A DNA stretch of 64,000 nucleotides from an uncultured archaeon (GCA_964486045.1 CAZALK010000010.1:1-64000), one strand, 5' to 3'. Numbered from the stretch's first letter, positions 9,971 to 22,980 are shown. Program-made: numbers and translations. Notes: generated by a model from the sequence alone, not told the origin.

Positions 9971-11125
9971 CTGAATTTTGAAGAATTAGGCATTAACCAT
10001 GGAAATGTTAATGCATTACGGAATTTGAATATACTCTCACCGACTCCTGTTCAGAAAACTGCCATTCCCTTAATTTTAGAGGGTAAAAATATTATGGCTC
10101 AAGCCAAAACAGGGAGCGGTAAAACATTTGCTTTTATATTACCAATAATAGAAAATTTAAAATTTCTAAACAATGAAGCCCTTGTTTTAGTACCAACAAG
10201 AGAATTAGCTGTACAGGTTGAGAGAGTAATAAAAGATTTAAAAAATCCAAAAGTTAAATCTATGACTATATATGGTGGCGTCTCTATTGCTAACCAAATA
10301 AGGAAGTTAGAACAAGGTGTTCATATAATTGTTGGAACTCCTGGAAGAATTATAGATCTTTATAAAAGAAGGAATCTGAGATTAAATAATATCAGATTTG
10401 TGACTTTGGATGAGGGAGATCGATTGTGGGATATGGGGTTCGCTCCTGACGTTAAATACATTTTGAGTCAAATAAAATCTGACTATCAATTTCTATTATT
10501 TTCAGCAACTCTAAATTCTGACATTAGAGAATTAGTCAAGAAATTTTCTAGAAATAGTTTCGAGTTTTTGAATTTAAGTCGAGATAATTTAACAGTGGGG
10601 AGTACGAAACAATTCTATTATATGATTGATAGATTTGATGAAAAATTTAGAACTTTTCTAAAAATTTTGAGAAGAGAAAAGCCTACACACACGTTGGTGT
10701 TTGTAAATACAAAAAAGACTGCTTCTTGGCTGTCTAATAGATTGAGATCAAGTAGGAACCTGAATTACAGAGTGAATGTAATATCTGGCAGTTTGTCTCA
10801 AGCCCAACGTGAAAAAATGCTCTCAGCTTTTAGAAATCATAAAATAAATATGCTTATTGCGACTGATGTTGCCGCTAGAGGCTTAGATATTGACAATATA
10901 TCTCATGTAATAAATTATGATGTCCCTAAATACCCAGATGTTTATATTCATCGAATTGGAAGGACTTCAAGAATGAATAAACGTGGAGTCGCAATTACAT
11001 TATGTTTAAAGGATGAATATCAATATCTATGCCATATTGAGGGACTAATTGATAAAGAGATTAAAAAGAAGACATTATATAAACCGAAACATGAAGAAGG
11101 GAAATATCATAACCCGTTTTACTAA
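9971..11125 (+). CDS. DEAD-box RNA helicase (motif II DEGD), probable CTG start
   Basis: Motifs PTPVQ, AKTGSGKT, PTRELA, TPGR, DEGD, SAT, ARGLD and HRIGRTSR. The frame extends upstream of the track start (10025) to CTG AAT TTT GAA GAA TTA GGC (NFEELG, Q-motif Phe). There is an in-frame TGA at 9962. Confidence 0.92.
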   Translation: MNFEELGINHGNVNALRNLNILSPTPVQKTAIPLILEGKNIMAQAKTGSGKTFAFILPIIENLKFLNNEALVLVPTRELAVQVERVIKDLKNPKVKSMTIYGGVSIANQIRKLEQGVHIIVGTPGRIIDLYKRRNLRLNNIRFVTLDEGDRLWDMGFAPDVKYILSQIKSDYQFLLFSATLNSDIRELVKKFSRNSFEFLNLSRDNLTVGSTKQFYYMIDRFDEKFRTFLKILRREKPTHTLVFVNTKKTASWLSNRLRSSRNLNYRVNVISGSLSQAQREKMLSAFRNHKINMLIATDVAARGLDIDNISHVINYDVPKYPDVYIHRIGRTSRMNKRGVAITLCLKDEYQYLCHIEGLIDKEIKKKTLYKPKHEEGKYHNPFY

Positions 11126-11227
11126 CTTATAAAAAAAGTACTCCGTTGAAACGATCGGTATTTTTATTTCTTCATATTCAGGAAATAATTGTTTATCCAT
11201 TTACGTCATAATTTATTGATTTAATTA

Positions 11228-12421
11228 TTATTTTATCAGTTCTGCCACTTCTTTTCCGTATTCTACACATTTAAGAATACTTTCATCATCAGGATTCCAC
11301 ATAGCTCGTATTCCATTATTGATTATAGAAAAACCTGATTTTTCTAGACGCTCCATTAACACTTTAACAGACTCACCACTCCAGCCGTAACATCCAAATG
11401 CTGCAGCTTTTTTATTTTTAAACCGTAGTCCTTTGATCATCTCCATAATTTCTGCAATAGAGGAGAGAATTCCTCCACCAAGAGTTGGAGAGCCAACAAG
11501 GATGGCTTTAGATTTAAATTTCTCCGTAATAATGTCGTTTTTATCAGTTTTAGCAGTATTAAAGATTTTGATATTGATATCTTTATCTACTTCACGAATC
11601 CCTTTAGCAATAGATTCAGCCATTTTGCGAGTTCCCTGCCACATTGTATCATACAAGATAGTAATTTGATTTTCCTGGTAATCATTAGACCAAGTTATAT
11701 ATTTCTCTACAATCTGAAGAGGATTATCTCTCCAAATAACGCCATGACTCGTTGCAATTATATCTATCGGGATTTTGAGCTCAAGGAATTCCTTTATTTT
11801 TTTATCAACAAGAGCACTAAATGGTGTGAGGATATTTGCATAGTACTTAATGCATTCATTATAGAGTTCATTTTGGTCAACTAAATCATTGTACATGTAT
11901 TCACTCGCATAATGCTGCCCAAAGGCATCATTGCTAAAAAGGATATTATCCCCAGTTAGATAACATGCCATGCTATCAGGCCAATGAAGCATCCTCATTT
12001 CAACAAATATCAATTCCTTCCCGTTTCCAAGACTTAATTTATCTCCGGTTTTTACGACTTGAAAGTTCCAGTCTTTATGATAGTGTCCTTTCAATGATTT
12101 CACACCATTACTCGTACAGTATACAGGAGCATTTGGTATATTTTCCATGAGTTCTGGAAGCACTTCACTGTGATCAATCTCTGCGTGGTTTGCAATAACA
12201 TAATCAATTTTGTCTAAATCAACTTCTTTGGAGAGGTTCTTTACAAATTCTTTTGAATAGGGCATCCAAACTGTTTCTATTAGTGCAACTTTTTCTTCTT
12301 TAATAAGGTAAGAATTATAGGTTGTTGCCCGATGAGTGGAATATTCATTACCATGGAACTTTCTTAATTCCCAATCGATTTTTCCAACCCAATAGGTATT
12401 ATTTTTAATGTTAAAACTCAT
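11228..12421 (-). CDS. fprA: Flavodiiron protein (FprA/NorV family, metallo-beta-lactamase plus flavodoxin)
   Basis: Motifs TTYNSYLI, HAEIDH, LHWPD, SNDAFGQH, ATSHG. Flavodoxin motifs TMWQGT, GSPT, FGCYGWSGE. Confidence 0.92.
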   Translation of the reverse strand: MSFNIKNNTYWVGKIDWELRKFHGNEYSTHRATTYNSYLIKEEKVALIETVWMPYSKEFVKNLSKEVDLDKIDYVIANHAEIDHSEVLPELMENIPNAPVYCTSNGVKSLKGHYHKDWNFQVVKTGDKLSLGNGKELIFVEMRMLHWPDSMACYLTGDNILFSNDAFGQHYASEYMYNDLVDQNELYNECIKYYANILTPFSALVDKKIKEFLELKIPIDIIATSHGVIWRDNPLQIVEKYITWSNDYQENQITILYDTMWQGTRKMAESIAKGIREVDKDINIKIFNTAKTDKNDIITEKFKSKAILVGSPTLGGGILSSIAEIMEMIKGLRFKNKKAAAFGCYGWSGESVKVLMERLEKSGFSIINNGIRAMWNPDDESILKCVEYGKEVAELIK

Positions 12422-12676
12422 TTTTATTTCCTAAAAATTGTTTTTTTGTATCTAAATTCGTTATTTTGTTGTTGACTTAATCATTAATGTCATTTAATTT
12501 TTTATAATCGCATCATGTAAATAATATTTAGATATTAGAACTAAATACAAATGAGAATAAGACTTTCAATACTTAAAAGTCACAAAATTTTTCTTTTGCA
12601 AATTTTTATATTACAAGAGTTTTATAGATTTTATAAGATAAATTTTATAATTATTTAAAATTGAGGTTCGATATGT

Positions 12677-13285
12677 TTGCCTAGCCGTCGCGGAGATGGA
12701 ACACTTGTTTTTAAAATCTGTTTCTATGGTCCAAGCCTTGGGGGAAAAACTACTGCACTAGACTGGGTTTACAGAAGAGAAGGTCTCGCTAGTGGGGATA
12801 TGCAACAAATTCAAGACCCAACTGGAAGAACACTTTTTTTTGACCGAGTTGTAGCAAGAGTCTCTAATGTAGTTTTTCAGGTATATACAGTAGCAGGTCA
12901 GAGAAGGCATAAATTTCAACGTCAAACTGTTTTAAAAGGCACTGATGCGGTTATTTTCACCTTTGATTCCTTAATAGACCAATGGGAAGAGAATTTATGG
13001 TCTCTTAAAGAACTACTAAGATTCTATGGAGCTAAATTAATTCCTGCTGCAGCATTTGACCCACCAGAGGTACCTCTTGTAATGTTAGCAAATAAACGTG
13101 ATTTAGAGGATATTGTAGAGGTTGCTAAAATACGTAAAGTGTTAGATGTAGCTAAGTTAAATCACTGTTTAATTTACGAAACTATTGCTATACAAGGAAT
13201 AAATGTAAAGCGAGCTTTTGTGTACGCGGCCCGTCAGGCAGTACTTAATCATTATAAGAAACTTTCAGGAAAATCAATGGAATAG
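12677..13285 (+). CDS. MglA-family small GTPase
   Basis: G1 YGPSLGGKTT, switch I RTLFFD, G3 YTVAGQ (MglA has TVPGQ), G4 NKRD, G5 TIA. Confidence 0.88.
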   Translation: MPSRRGDGTLVFKICFYGPSLGGKTTALDWVYRREGLASGDMQQIQDPTGRTLFFDRVVARVSNVVFQVYTVAGQRRHKFQRQTVLKGTDAVIFTFDSLIDQWEENLWSLKELLRFYGAKLIPAAAFDPPEVPLVMLANKRDLEDIVEVAKIRKVLDVAKLNHCLIYETIAIQGINVKRAFVYAARQAVLNHYKKLSGKSME

Positions 13286-13416
13286 CCTAAATTTAATGAT
13301 ATACTTTTTTTAACTTCATTCTAAGTTATAGATATAATATTCTTTCTATCGAGTACTCTGATCTACACTTTTAATGAACTTAATTAGACCAGTGAAATAA
13401 GTTTAATAATTCCTCT

Positions 13417-14349
13417 TTATCTGTCTTGATCATTTTTCTCAGTCTCTTTCATTTTTATCTTTGCAACTTTTAAAGCATAATTAATAACTTCTTCAAGATT
13501 TTTCCATTTTCCTAAGTTTATCATATCTTTAGCCCAGTAGAAGAGATCTTGACTTATGGCAACAGTTGAGAATATTGGTTTTACTGCTTGTTCATCTCCA
13601 GATTTGGCTTTATTTAGTAGCCAAGAAATGATATTACTTACCAATTTAAAATTATCTGCTGCCTTTATGCCATAAGATTTATTTAAACTCGAAAAAAGCG
13701 ACAAATTCCCAATAACCACAACTTTCCCTGAATGATAATGAGTCACTCCAATAACCGGAAAGTATTGCTTGGATTCATCATGCCACCCATCTCCGTTTAA
13801 ATGACTATGCCAAGAAGTATATTCAGAGGAATATGCTATACTATTAACATCAATATTCTCATTTTCAATCGATTTATCAATCGTTAGAGTACAACCAGTT
13901 GAGTGAACAAATTGAATAATGTCTCTTGTTATAAAATGGCTGCTAAAATCTTTTATTAAGGGGTGGGAATTATCTTTAGAGAAATTTTTATTGTCATACA
14001 GCCGATCCGAATTAAAGAGTAAGCCAAAATGCTTAGTCAAATCGGATAAATTGTTTTTATTCTCATAATCTCCTCCTCCATCATTTATAACTAATAAACT
14101 TCCCCCATTCTTAACGTAAGAAACTAAATCATTTATTTCATCTTGATCAAGATCCGGACCGAGAGTTGGAACTCCGATTATCAAAATATCATATTTTCTT
14201 AACTTATCAAGAGTTATCCCTGCTTCAATTTTACCCAATTGGAAGCTGGAGTCAAATAGGAACTGGGTGAAATCAGTAAAAGCGTTGTTTTCCATAGCTA
14301 ATTTATTATTGTGAGTATAGTCAAAACCAATAGTTATCTTCTTTGTCAT
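13417..14349 (-). CDS. GATase-like GIFT/DUF4350 (GldG/IFT52 N-terminal-like) domain protein with a C-terminal ribbon-helix-helix-like tail
   Basis: IGFDYTHN...YDILIIGVP...EINDLVSYVKNGGSLLVI...HFITRDI...GKVVVIGNLSLFS...DNFKLVSNIISWL. Tail reads TVAISQDL...GKWKNLEEVINYALK. Confidence 0.65.
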   Translation of the reverse strand: MTKKITIGFDYTHNNKLAMENNAFTDFTQFLFDSSFQLGKIEAGITLDKLRKYDILIIGVPTLGPDLDQDEINDLVSYVKNGGSLLVINDGGGDYENKNNLSDLTKHFGLLFNSDRLYDNKNFSKDNSHPLIKDFSSHFITRDIIQFVHSTGCTLTIDKSIENENIDVNSIAYSSEYTSWHSHLNGDGWHDESKQYFPVIGVTHYHSGKVVVIGNLSLFSSLNKSYGIKAADNFKLVSNIISWLLNKAKSGDEQAVKPIFSTVAISQDLFYWAKDMINLGKWKNLEEVINYALKVAKIKMKETEKNDQDR

Positions 14350-14430
14350 ACATAACCCCTATTGTACCTTTTTTCGACAAAATCTTTATGTTTATACCTA
14401 ATTAAATTAACTTCAAAATAACTTTTATTA

Positions 14431-15807
14431 TTATTTTTTTGATAAATTTTCTAATGTTATAAATGCACTCCCAATTTGAACTCGGACTAGTTTTTGGATA
14501 GGAATAACCTCAAATTTGATACCACTTAATATTTCATTGATTTTTTGTTCAATCCATTTTTCTAAGTCATTTTTAATTATCACAATTTCAGCTTTATTTT
14601 CAGAGTGATTTGAAATAGCTTCTTCACATAATCTTACAATCATCGAAATAGTTAGCAAACTATAATATCTACTTGAGATATTTGAATCAAATGCTTGGGA
14701 AACAGTTGCTTTCCCCTCATACATCGGGGAGGTTTTTGCATCAGCGATCCCCAATTCAAGCATAGGTCCTGTCCTCCTTATATAATCTGCTATTGCGGTG
14801 TATATTCGTGTAGATTTATCACAAAATTTCCTTATATGCCTAAAATTTATTTTAGAATGTTTATAGATATTTTTTACGTATTCTATTGATTTTAAACGGA
14901 GATCTCTTCTTTCAAATTCAGTTAGAGAAGTATCTTCTATAGATTTGTGGTAAAAATAGGGCATCTCACAAACAAGAGTAAAACTCTCTTCACTAACATT
15001 ACTTTTAAGATAATCAAATGAAGAAGTACCTGTCTTAATGATATCTTGAGGATTTTCCAGACCTATACTTTCAGCAAAATCATACTGCGCTTGAACACCA
15101 AACATTTGGAAAACCCCATCATGTAATTTTTTAATGTAAGGATCTTCAGGTTCTCCTAAATGCAACGGTAAATGCTCTTGTTTCATAAGATCAGTAAGAT
15201 TAGTAAATAAACTACCAACTCCACGAGAAACATAAAAATAAACACCTCCAAAAGCAGAGTTGTGAAGACTATACATAAATGTAGGTTCTATTTCATTTAT
15301 CAATTGCATTAAAGCTTGAGTTTCTGGAGGGGGAGTTTCAAAATTAAGTTTTTTATAATCGATTGGGAATGACCATTCAACTTGTTCAAAACTCGCAGGT
15401 CTATAAAAATTCTTCGCATATTTAAAAGGATTAAATTCTCCTTTAAACCATCCTTCGTTGAGGATCGCACCATCTATATCAATTCCTTTGATTAAATACC
15501 ATGTATAGCCTGTTTTTTTTGTAAAATCTGGATTTTCTGCTAAAAATTGGGATAAGAATTCCAAAGTCATGCTTCCTATTGGTTCATTGGGATGTGGGAA
15601 TGCAAATAGGAGTATATTTTCTTTTCCTTCGCCAATTTTTAAACAATAAATTGTCTTTCCCGCTTGTGATTTTCCTAGTTCTTTTAGTTCCACATTCATA
15701 AAATCATTTGCAAGCTTTTTACTGGAGTCATCTAATTCAGAAATAGTCATGAATTCTTTATAATTTGGAACCTGATTAAGAATTTCTTCAAGTTGCATTT
15801 GTTTCAC
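14431..15807 (-). CDS. Zinc carboxypeptidase, M14 family
   Basis: LGKSQAGKTIYCL, HPNE (HxxE), SLHN, LVCE. Confidence 0.8.
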   Translation of the reverse strand: MKQMQLEEILNQVPNYKEFMTISELDDSSKKLANDFMNVELKELGKSQAGKTIYCLKIGEGKENILLFAFPHPNEPIGSMTLEFLSQFLAENPDFTKKTGYTWYLIKGIDIDGAILNEGWFKGEFNPFKYAKNFYRPASFEQVEWSFPIDYKKLNFETPPPETQALMQLINEIEPTFMYSLHNSAFGGVYFYVSRGVGSLFTNLTDLMKQEHLPLHLGEPEDPYIKKLHDGVFQMFGVQAQYDFAESIGLENPQDIIKTGTSSFDYLKSNVSEESFTLVCEMPYFYHKSIEDTSLTEFERRDLRLKSIEYVKNIYKHSKINFRHIRKFCDKSTRIYTAIADYIRRTGPMLELGIADAKTSPMYEGKATVSQAFDSNISSRYYSLLTISMIVRLCEEAISNHSENKAEIVIIKNDLEKWIEQKINEILSGIKFEVIPIQKLVRVQIGSAFITLENLSKK

Positions 15808-15921
15808 CTTAATTAGCTGAGAGATTTTTGTTTTAAAGGTTTTAAAGAATTTAATGAAACTTTATATTTTTAACTTAATGAAATTATCAAGTCTAATTAT
15901 AAATTAGAAATAGAATTTTAA

Positions 15922-18360
15922 TTAAAGTTCTTTCTCACACTTTCCAATAGCAACTACGGAATCTTCCTCATAGAGTTTGATTACACGTACGCCCCTGGCC
16001 CGTCTATGTGTGATTCTAATAGATTTAATTGGTATACGTATGACTTGTCCTTGTTCTGTTCCAACTAACAAATCTTTATCTCTTGCAATTCTAATAGCAA
16101 TTACTTCATCATTTTTAGTTTTATTTAGTGTGATATTCTTAACCCCTTTTGCACTTCTACCTGTTTTTCTGTATTCTTTCGTATAAGTTCTTTGACCATA
16201 TCCGTTTTTAGTTAACGTTAAGATAATTTCGTCATCAGAAACCAATAACGAATCAATAACTTCGTCACCCTCTCTTAAATCCGCACCCTTTACACCCATT
16301 GAGGTTCTTCCTAATTCGCGTAGTTCAGATTCATCAAATCTAATAGCATATCCAAGCTTAGTTGCCATGAATATATCTTCTATCTCATTTGTAAGTCTTT
16401 TAACACTCACTAATGCATCATCTGGTCTTATTTTTTGTGCCCTAACTCCTGTACTTCTAAATTTTGAGAACAATTTCAGTGGTGTTTTCTTTACTATACC
16501 ATTTTTAGTGGTCATTATGAGCATTTCATTAGTATTAAAGTTATTAATAGGGATCATTGATGATATTTTTTCCTCAGATTGTAGGGGAAGAGCATTAATT
16601 ATTGGTTTACCACGAGCGGTACGAGTTTGAAGTGGAATTTCAAAACAATTAAGGCTATAAACTCTTCCTTTTGATGTGAATACCAAAATTGTATCGTGTG
16701 TAGAGCACACAAACAAATCTATAATAAAATCTTCTTCACGTACAGTCATTCCTTTTTTACCGCGTCCACCTCTACCTTGAGAACGATACTCTTCAACCGA
16801 AAACCTTTTAATGTACTGATTTTTAGTAAAAATCACGATAGTGGGCTCTTTTTTAATAAGGTCTTTACTTTTGATATCCTTTATGGAATTATCGACGGAA
16901 ATTTCGATTTTTGATCTTCTCGGATCACCATATTTTTCACTTAGGTCAGTCAACTCGCTTTTAATTATATCTAAACGAAGTGCTTCATTTCCTAGTATTT
17001 TATTAAACCCTCTAATGCTTTCGTTTAAAGATTTTTCTTCATCTACTAATTTTTGTTTCTCCAAACCGGTTAATCGGGACAGTTGCATGCTTAATATTGC
17101 TTGTACCTGAATTTCACTAAAACTATATTCTCCTATTAATTTAGTTTTCGCATCTTTAGTATCTTTCGCGTTTTTTATAATCTTTATAACGTTATCGATG
17201 TCATTCAAAGCGATAAGAAGACCTTCTACTCGATGGAGTCTGCTCTCAGCTTTTTTTAGGTCGAATTCTGTTCTTCTTTTGATAATTAGTAGGCGGTGAT
17301 TAATATATTCTTGAATGAGTTCTTTTAGAGTCAAAATTTTAGGTTGTTTACCTTCATTGACCAAAACGAGATTAATAATATTGAAATTTATAGCTAACCT
17401 TGTTCTTTTAAATAAGATGTTTTTTATAATAACTGGTTGAGCAGCTTTCTTTAGGTCTAGTACAATTCGCATACCCTGTTGATCTGACTCGTCTCTCAAA
17501 TCTCTAATATCTTTGATAATCCCATCTTTTATTAATTTAGCAATGGACTCAATCAAAATAGTCTTATTGACTAAATAGGGAATTTCTGTTATAATTAAAC
17601 TAGTTTTCTCTTTTTTAACCTCGGTTTCGATACACCCTCTAAGATTAACGTTTCCTATTCCTGTAGTATAGGCGTTATAAACGCCATTGAGATCTGTAAT
17701 AATCCCGCCTGTCGGAAAATCTGGTGCTTTAATTATTTCCATAAGTTCTTGAATAGAAATTTCAGGATCATCTAAAGTAGCAATTATGCCTTTACAAACT
17801 TCATTTAAATTATGAGGTGGCATCGAAGTTGCCATACCAACCGCGATCCCCTTAGTTCCGTTTAACAACATATTTGGTATTTTAGCAGGCAAGTAGAAAG
17901 GTTCAACTTTACTATCATCAAAATTTGGGACAAAATCTACCGTCTCTTTATTAATGTCTTCTACTAATTCATTAGCAATACGAGATAATCGGGCCTCGGT
18001 ATATCTGTAAGCTGCTGGAAGATCCCCGTCGATCGATCCAAAATTACCTTGAGGATGGATTAAAGGGTATCTAAGAGACCAAGTCTGACCCATTCTAACG
18101 AGAGCACTATACACAGAAGAATCTCCATGGGGATGGTAATTTCCTAAAACCTCCCCCACGATTTTGGCACACTTGACAGCTGGTGCGTTCCGCTGCCAAT
18201 TATTCTCGGCCATAGCGTAAATAATTCTCTTTTGAACTGGTTTTAATCCATCTCGCACATCTGGAATTGCTCTACCAGCAACTACGGACATAGCATAGTC
18301 GATATAACTGCTTTCCATCTCATCCTTTAATAAAATATCTTCTATTTGTTCTGAAGCCAT
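15922..18360 (-). CDS. gyrA: DNA gyrase subunit A
   Basis: PDVRDGLKPVQKR, YHPHGDSS, catalytic AAYRYTE, GyrA-box QGRGGRG and C-terminal pinwheel repeats. Confidence 0.97.
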   Translation of the reverse strand: MASEQIEDILLKDEMESSYIDYAMSVVAGRAIPDVRDGLKPVQKRIIYAMAENNWQRNAPAVKCAKIVGEVLGNYHPHGDSSVYSALVRMGQTWSLRYPLIHPQGNFGSIDGDLPAAYRYTEARLSRIANELVEDINKETVDFVPNFDDSKVEPFYLPAKIPNMLLNGTKGIAVGMATSMPPHNLNEVCKGIIATLDDPEISIQELMEIIKAPDFPTGGIITDLNGVYNAYTTGIGNVNLRGCIETEVKKEKTSLIITEIPYLVNKTILIESIAKLIKDGIIKDIRDLRDESDQQGMRIVLDLKKAAQPVIIKNILFKRTRLAINFNIINLVLVNEGKQPKILTLKELIQEYINHRLLIIKRRTEFDLKKAESRLHRVEGLLIALNDIDNVIKIIKNAKDTKDAKTKLIGEYSFSEIQVQAILSMQLSRLTGLEKQKLVDEEKSLNESIRGFNKILGNEALRLDIIKSELTDLSEKYGDPRRSKIEISVDNSIKDIKSKDLIKKEPTIVIFTKNQYIKRFSVEEYRSQGRGGRGKKGMTVREEDFIIDLFVCSTHDTILVFTSKGRVYSLNCFEIPLQTRTARGKPIINALPLQSEEKISSMIPINNFNTNEMLIMTTKNGIVKKTPLKLFSKFRSTGVRAQKIRPDDALVSVKRLTNEIEDIFMATKLGYAIRFDESELRELGRTSMGVKGADLREGDEVIDSLLVSDDEIILTLTKNGYGQRTYTKEYRKTGRSAKGVKNITLNKTKNDEVIAIRIARDKDLLVGTEQGQVIRIPIKSIRITHRRARGVRVIKLYEEDSVVAIGKCEKEL

Positions 18361-18406
18361 AATAAAAACCTTAGTCTTAAGATGAATAGTTATTTTAAAA
18401 AATAAA

Positions 18407-20428
<2,022 letters not shown>

Positions 20429-20709
20429 CTATAATGTATTGTAAGAGTAAATTTATCAAATCTAAAATGAATTAAGTGATAATTTAACAGTTTACATATA
20501 TTGTATGGTATTAATCAAATTTAAATATGAGTACTTTTTTCATAGTTTTTGGACGCTCAAGAATGTTATAGGATATCTGAGTTCTACCAATATTCAGATT
20601 AAAAAGAGAATATACAATAATAACTGATAATAATGAATAACCATATATATTTTAATCTTTACAGCTGATTTTTTTAAAGTTAATTTTCTTTATAAATAAT
20701 TCTATAAAG

Positions 20710-21555
20710 TTAACATCTCCGGATTTCTTCTGCCATTTTTACCATTTCAAAGAGTTGTTTATCAACATCATGAGTTCGAACAATGTGAGCACCATTATAA
20801 ACGGCAATAGCTGTTGAAGAAAGGGTTCCATTTAGTCTATCTTTAGGATCTGGAATGTTTAGCGTTGTCCCTATAAAAGACTTTCTGGAAATGGCGACTA
20901 AAATTGGTTTATTTAGTGTCCTCAGTTGAGGTAATTCATCGATTATTTTTAAATCATAAGTATATACCTTTTCTTTTACCCACTTACCAATGCCAGGGTC
21001 TATGATTATGGAATCTTCATTAAAACCATGGAATTTTAGTTGTTCTATCGTCTTTTTGAATTCTTCAATTATTTCATCAACTGTGCATAAATCTCCAGGA
21101 ACACTTCTAGAAGCCATTATAATCATTGGAAGATCGTGATTGATTATAAAATCTTGGAGACTAGGATCAGTTTTTAAACAACTGACATCATTGATGATAA
21201 TTTTTCTTTTATATTCAAGAGATATATTGTATGCAACCTGAGCCACTTTACTATATTGAGTATCAACAGAAATCATGATATTTTCTGGGATTACTTTGCA
21301 TACAGTTTCCATTGCCCATTTTAATCTACTAATTTCTTCTTCAATGGTTATTTTTTGAGACCAGGGAGCAGTGGATCGCGCACCTAAATCTAATATTTTA
21401 GCACCATTTTTTATCATCTCTAATGTAACGTTCTTTAAAATTTGAGCGTCGGTATACACAGAACCTTTATAAAAACTCTCGGGACTTAAATTCAAAACAC
21501 CCATTATTACTGTTGAAAATCCATCACCAATTTCTAAAGTGTCATATAGATTCAT
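20710..21555 (-). CDS. folP: Dihydropteroate synthase
   Basis: IMGVLNLSPESF, DLGARSTAP, ISVDT, INDVS, IDPGIG, SRKSF, VRTHDV. Confidence 0.92.
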   Translation of the reverse strand: MNLYDTLEIGDGFSTVIMGVLNLSPESFYKGSVYTDAQILKNVTLEMIKNGAKILDLGARSTAPWSQKITIEEEISRLKWAMETVCKVIPENIMISVDTQYSKVAQVAYNISLEYKRKIIINDVSCLKTDPSLQDFIINHDLPMIIMASRSVPGDLCTVDEIIEEFKKTIEQLKFHGFNEDSIIIDPGIGKWVKEKVYTYDLKIIDELPQLRTLNKPILVAISRKSFIGTTLNIPDPKDRLNGTLSSTAIAVYNGAHIVRTHDVDKQLFEMVKMAEEIRRC

Positions 21556-21576
21556 ATATATTTTTTTCGTGCTAAT

Positions 21577-22980
21577 CTACCCTACGATTTTTTTATTCAA
21601 TTTTTCTCTATATTTATATAAATTTAAGAATGCTTTTGCTGCACTTTCAAAACTAGGAAAAATAGGTACTCCCATCTCTATCATTTTCTTTCTATAAATT
21701 TCTCTATTTTGATAATTAGTAAATGGTAGAGAAAGAAAAAATGGTTTTCCTTGTTCGTGACATAAATTTTTTAATAATAGCAGGTTTTCGAAATAGTTAT
21801 CCCACGATTTTTCATCTTGGGGTTGATAAGTTTCTGCTAACACACCACCTATATATGGTTCTTCTATGGCAATTTTTGCGATTTTTGAATACTCATCTGA
21901 GAAATTTTTCCAAGGAAGATCTAACGGATTCACAACTCCCCCAAATCTAATTAACTTCTTCAATTTCACCTTAGTTTCATTACTAAATTCAGGTACAGTT
22001 GCCCCAAGTTGGGTAATTAAATCAGTTGCGATGGTTGCATTCCCACCTGACCATGTTATTAATAAAATTCCTTTTTTTTGAGGGAGTAAATCTTTATAAT
22101 GATCAAACGCGAGTGTTGTTTCCATTAATTCTTCGAATGATCGAACCTGAATAGTGTTTGTTTGAGAAAAAACTGCTTTCCAGATTTGATTTGAAGTCGT
22201 TAAACTACCTGTATGAGATTCTGCAGACCTTTTCCCTGCATCTGTTTTTCCAGTTCTTAGGAAAATAATAGGTTTGTTAACCTTCTTCAGTAATTCATAC
22301 AGTCTCCTTCCTTCATGGAGATGATATCTCGAAAAACCCTCGAAATAAATACTTATTATTTCAGTTCCATCGTCGTCATTGAAATATTGAATCAAATCTG
22401 TTACGTTTAGTGAAATAGAATTACCTATGCTTGCTCCCGCTGAGAAATTAACACCGAGATAGTTTAAATTATTGACAAACCTTTCCGTAAGGTCTCCAGA
22501 TTGAGATATAATTGCTACATTACCAATAGGATCTGCTTTGAAAGAAGCATTAAATGAATAACGACCACCAGTTGAGTATAATCCCATACAATTAGGTCCA
22601 ATAGCTCTAGTAGAACTATTTTTTAATAAGGTATATATTTCATCTTCGATTTTTCTTCCCTCTTCATCAAATTCCCCTGTTCCTGCGGAAAAAATGTGGA
22701 TAGTAGCGAATTTTTTCTTTACACATTTTTGTACAACCTCAAATAATTGATTTCGATTGACTGCTATTATTGCATGATCAATACTATCAGGGAGGTCGTT
22801 AACATCCTTAACACACTCAATATCGAATATTTTTTCACTTCCTTTGGAAACGAAGTATAATTTCCCTTGAAATTCCCTATCGACATACCCCTTTAATTGC
22901 CATATTCTCTTACTTGAAGCACCTATATAGGCTATAGTATTCGGATAGAATAATTTTTCAAAATAATTTATCTGTTCCAC
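21577..22980 (-). CDS. NDP-forming acyl-CoA synthetase, alpha subunit
   Basis: IGAS, GPNCMG, ISQSG, SIGN, phospho-His motif SHTGSL, NPLD. Confidence 0.85.
   Translation of the reverse strand: MEQINYFEKLFYPNTIAYIGASSKRIWQLKGYVDREFQGKLYFVSKGSEKIFDIECVKDVNDLPDSIDHAIIAVNRNQLFEVVQKCVKKKFATIHIFSAGTGEFDEEGRKIEDEIYTLLKNSSTRAIGPNCMGLYSTGGRYSFNASFKADPIGNVAIISQSGDLTERFVNNLNYLGVNFSAGASIGNSISLNVTDLIQYFNDDDGTEIISIYFEGFSRYHLHEGRRLYELLKKVNKPIIFLRTGKTDAGKRSAESHTGSLTTSNQIWKAVFSQTNTIQVRSFEELMETTLAFDHYKDLLPQKKGILLITWSGGNATIATDLITQLGATVPEFSNETKVKLKKLIRFGGVVNPLDLPWKNFSDEYSKIAKIAIEEPYIGGVLAETYQPQDEKSWDNYFENLLLLKNLCHEQGKPFFLSLPFTNYQNREIYRKKMIEMGVPIFPSFESAAKAFLNLYKYREKLNKKIVG

Noticed and set aside
20560-20600. Small hairpin ATCTGA...TCAGAT between gyrB and folP as an sRNA
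   Set aside because: Short AT-rich stem with no convincing box C/D spacing.
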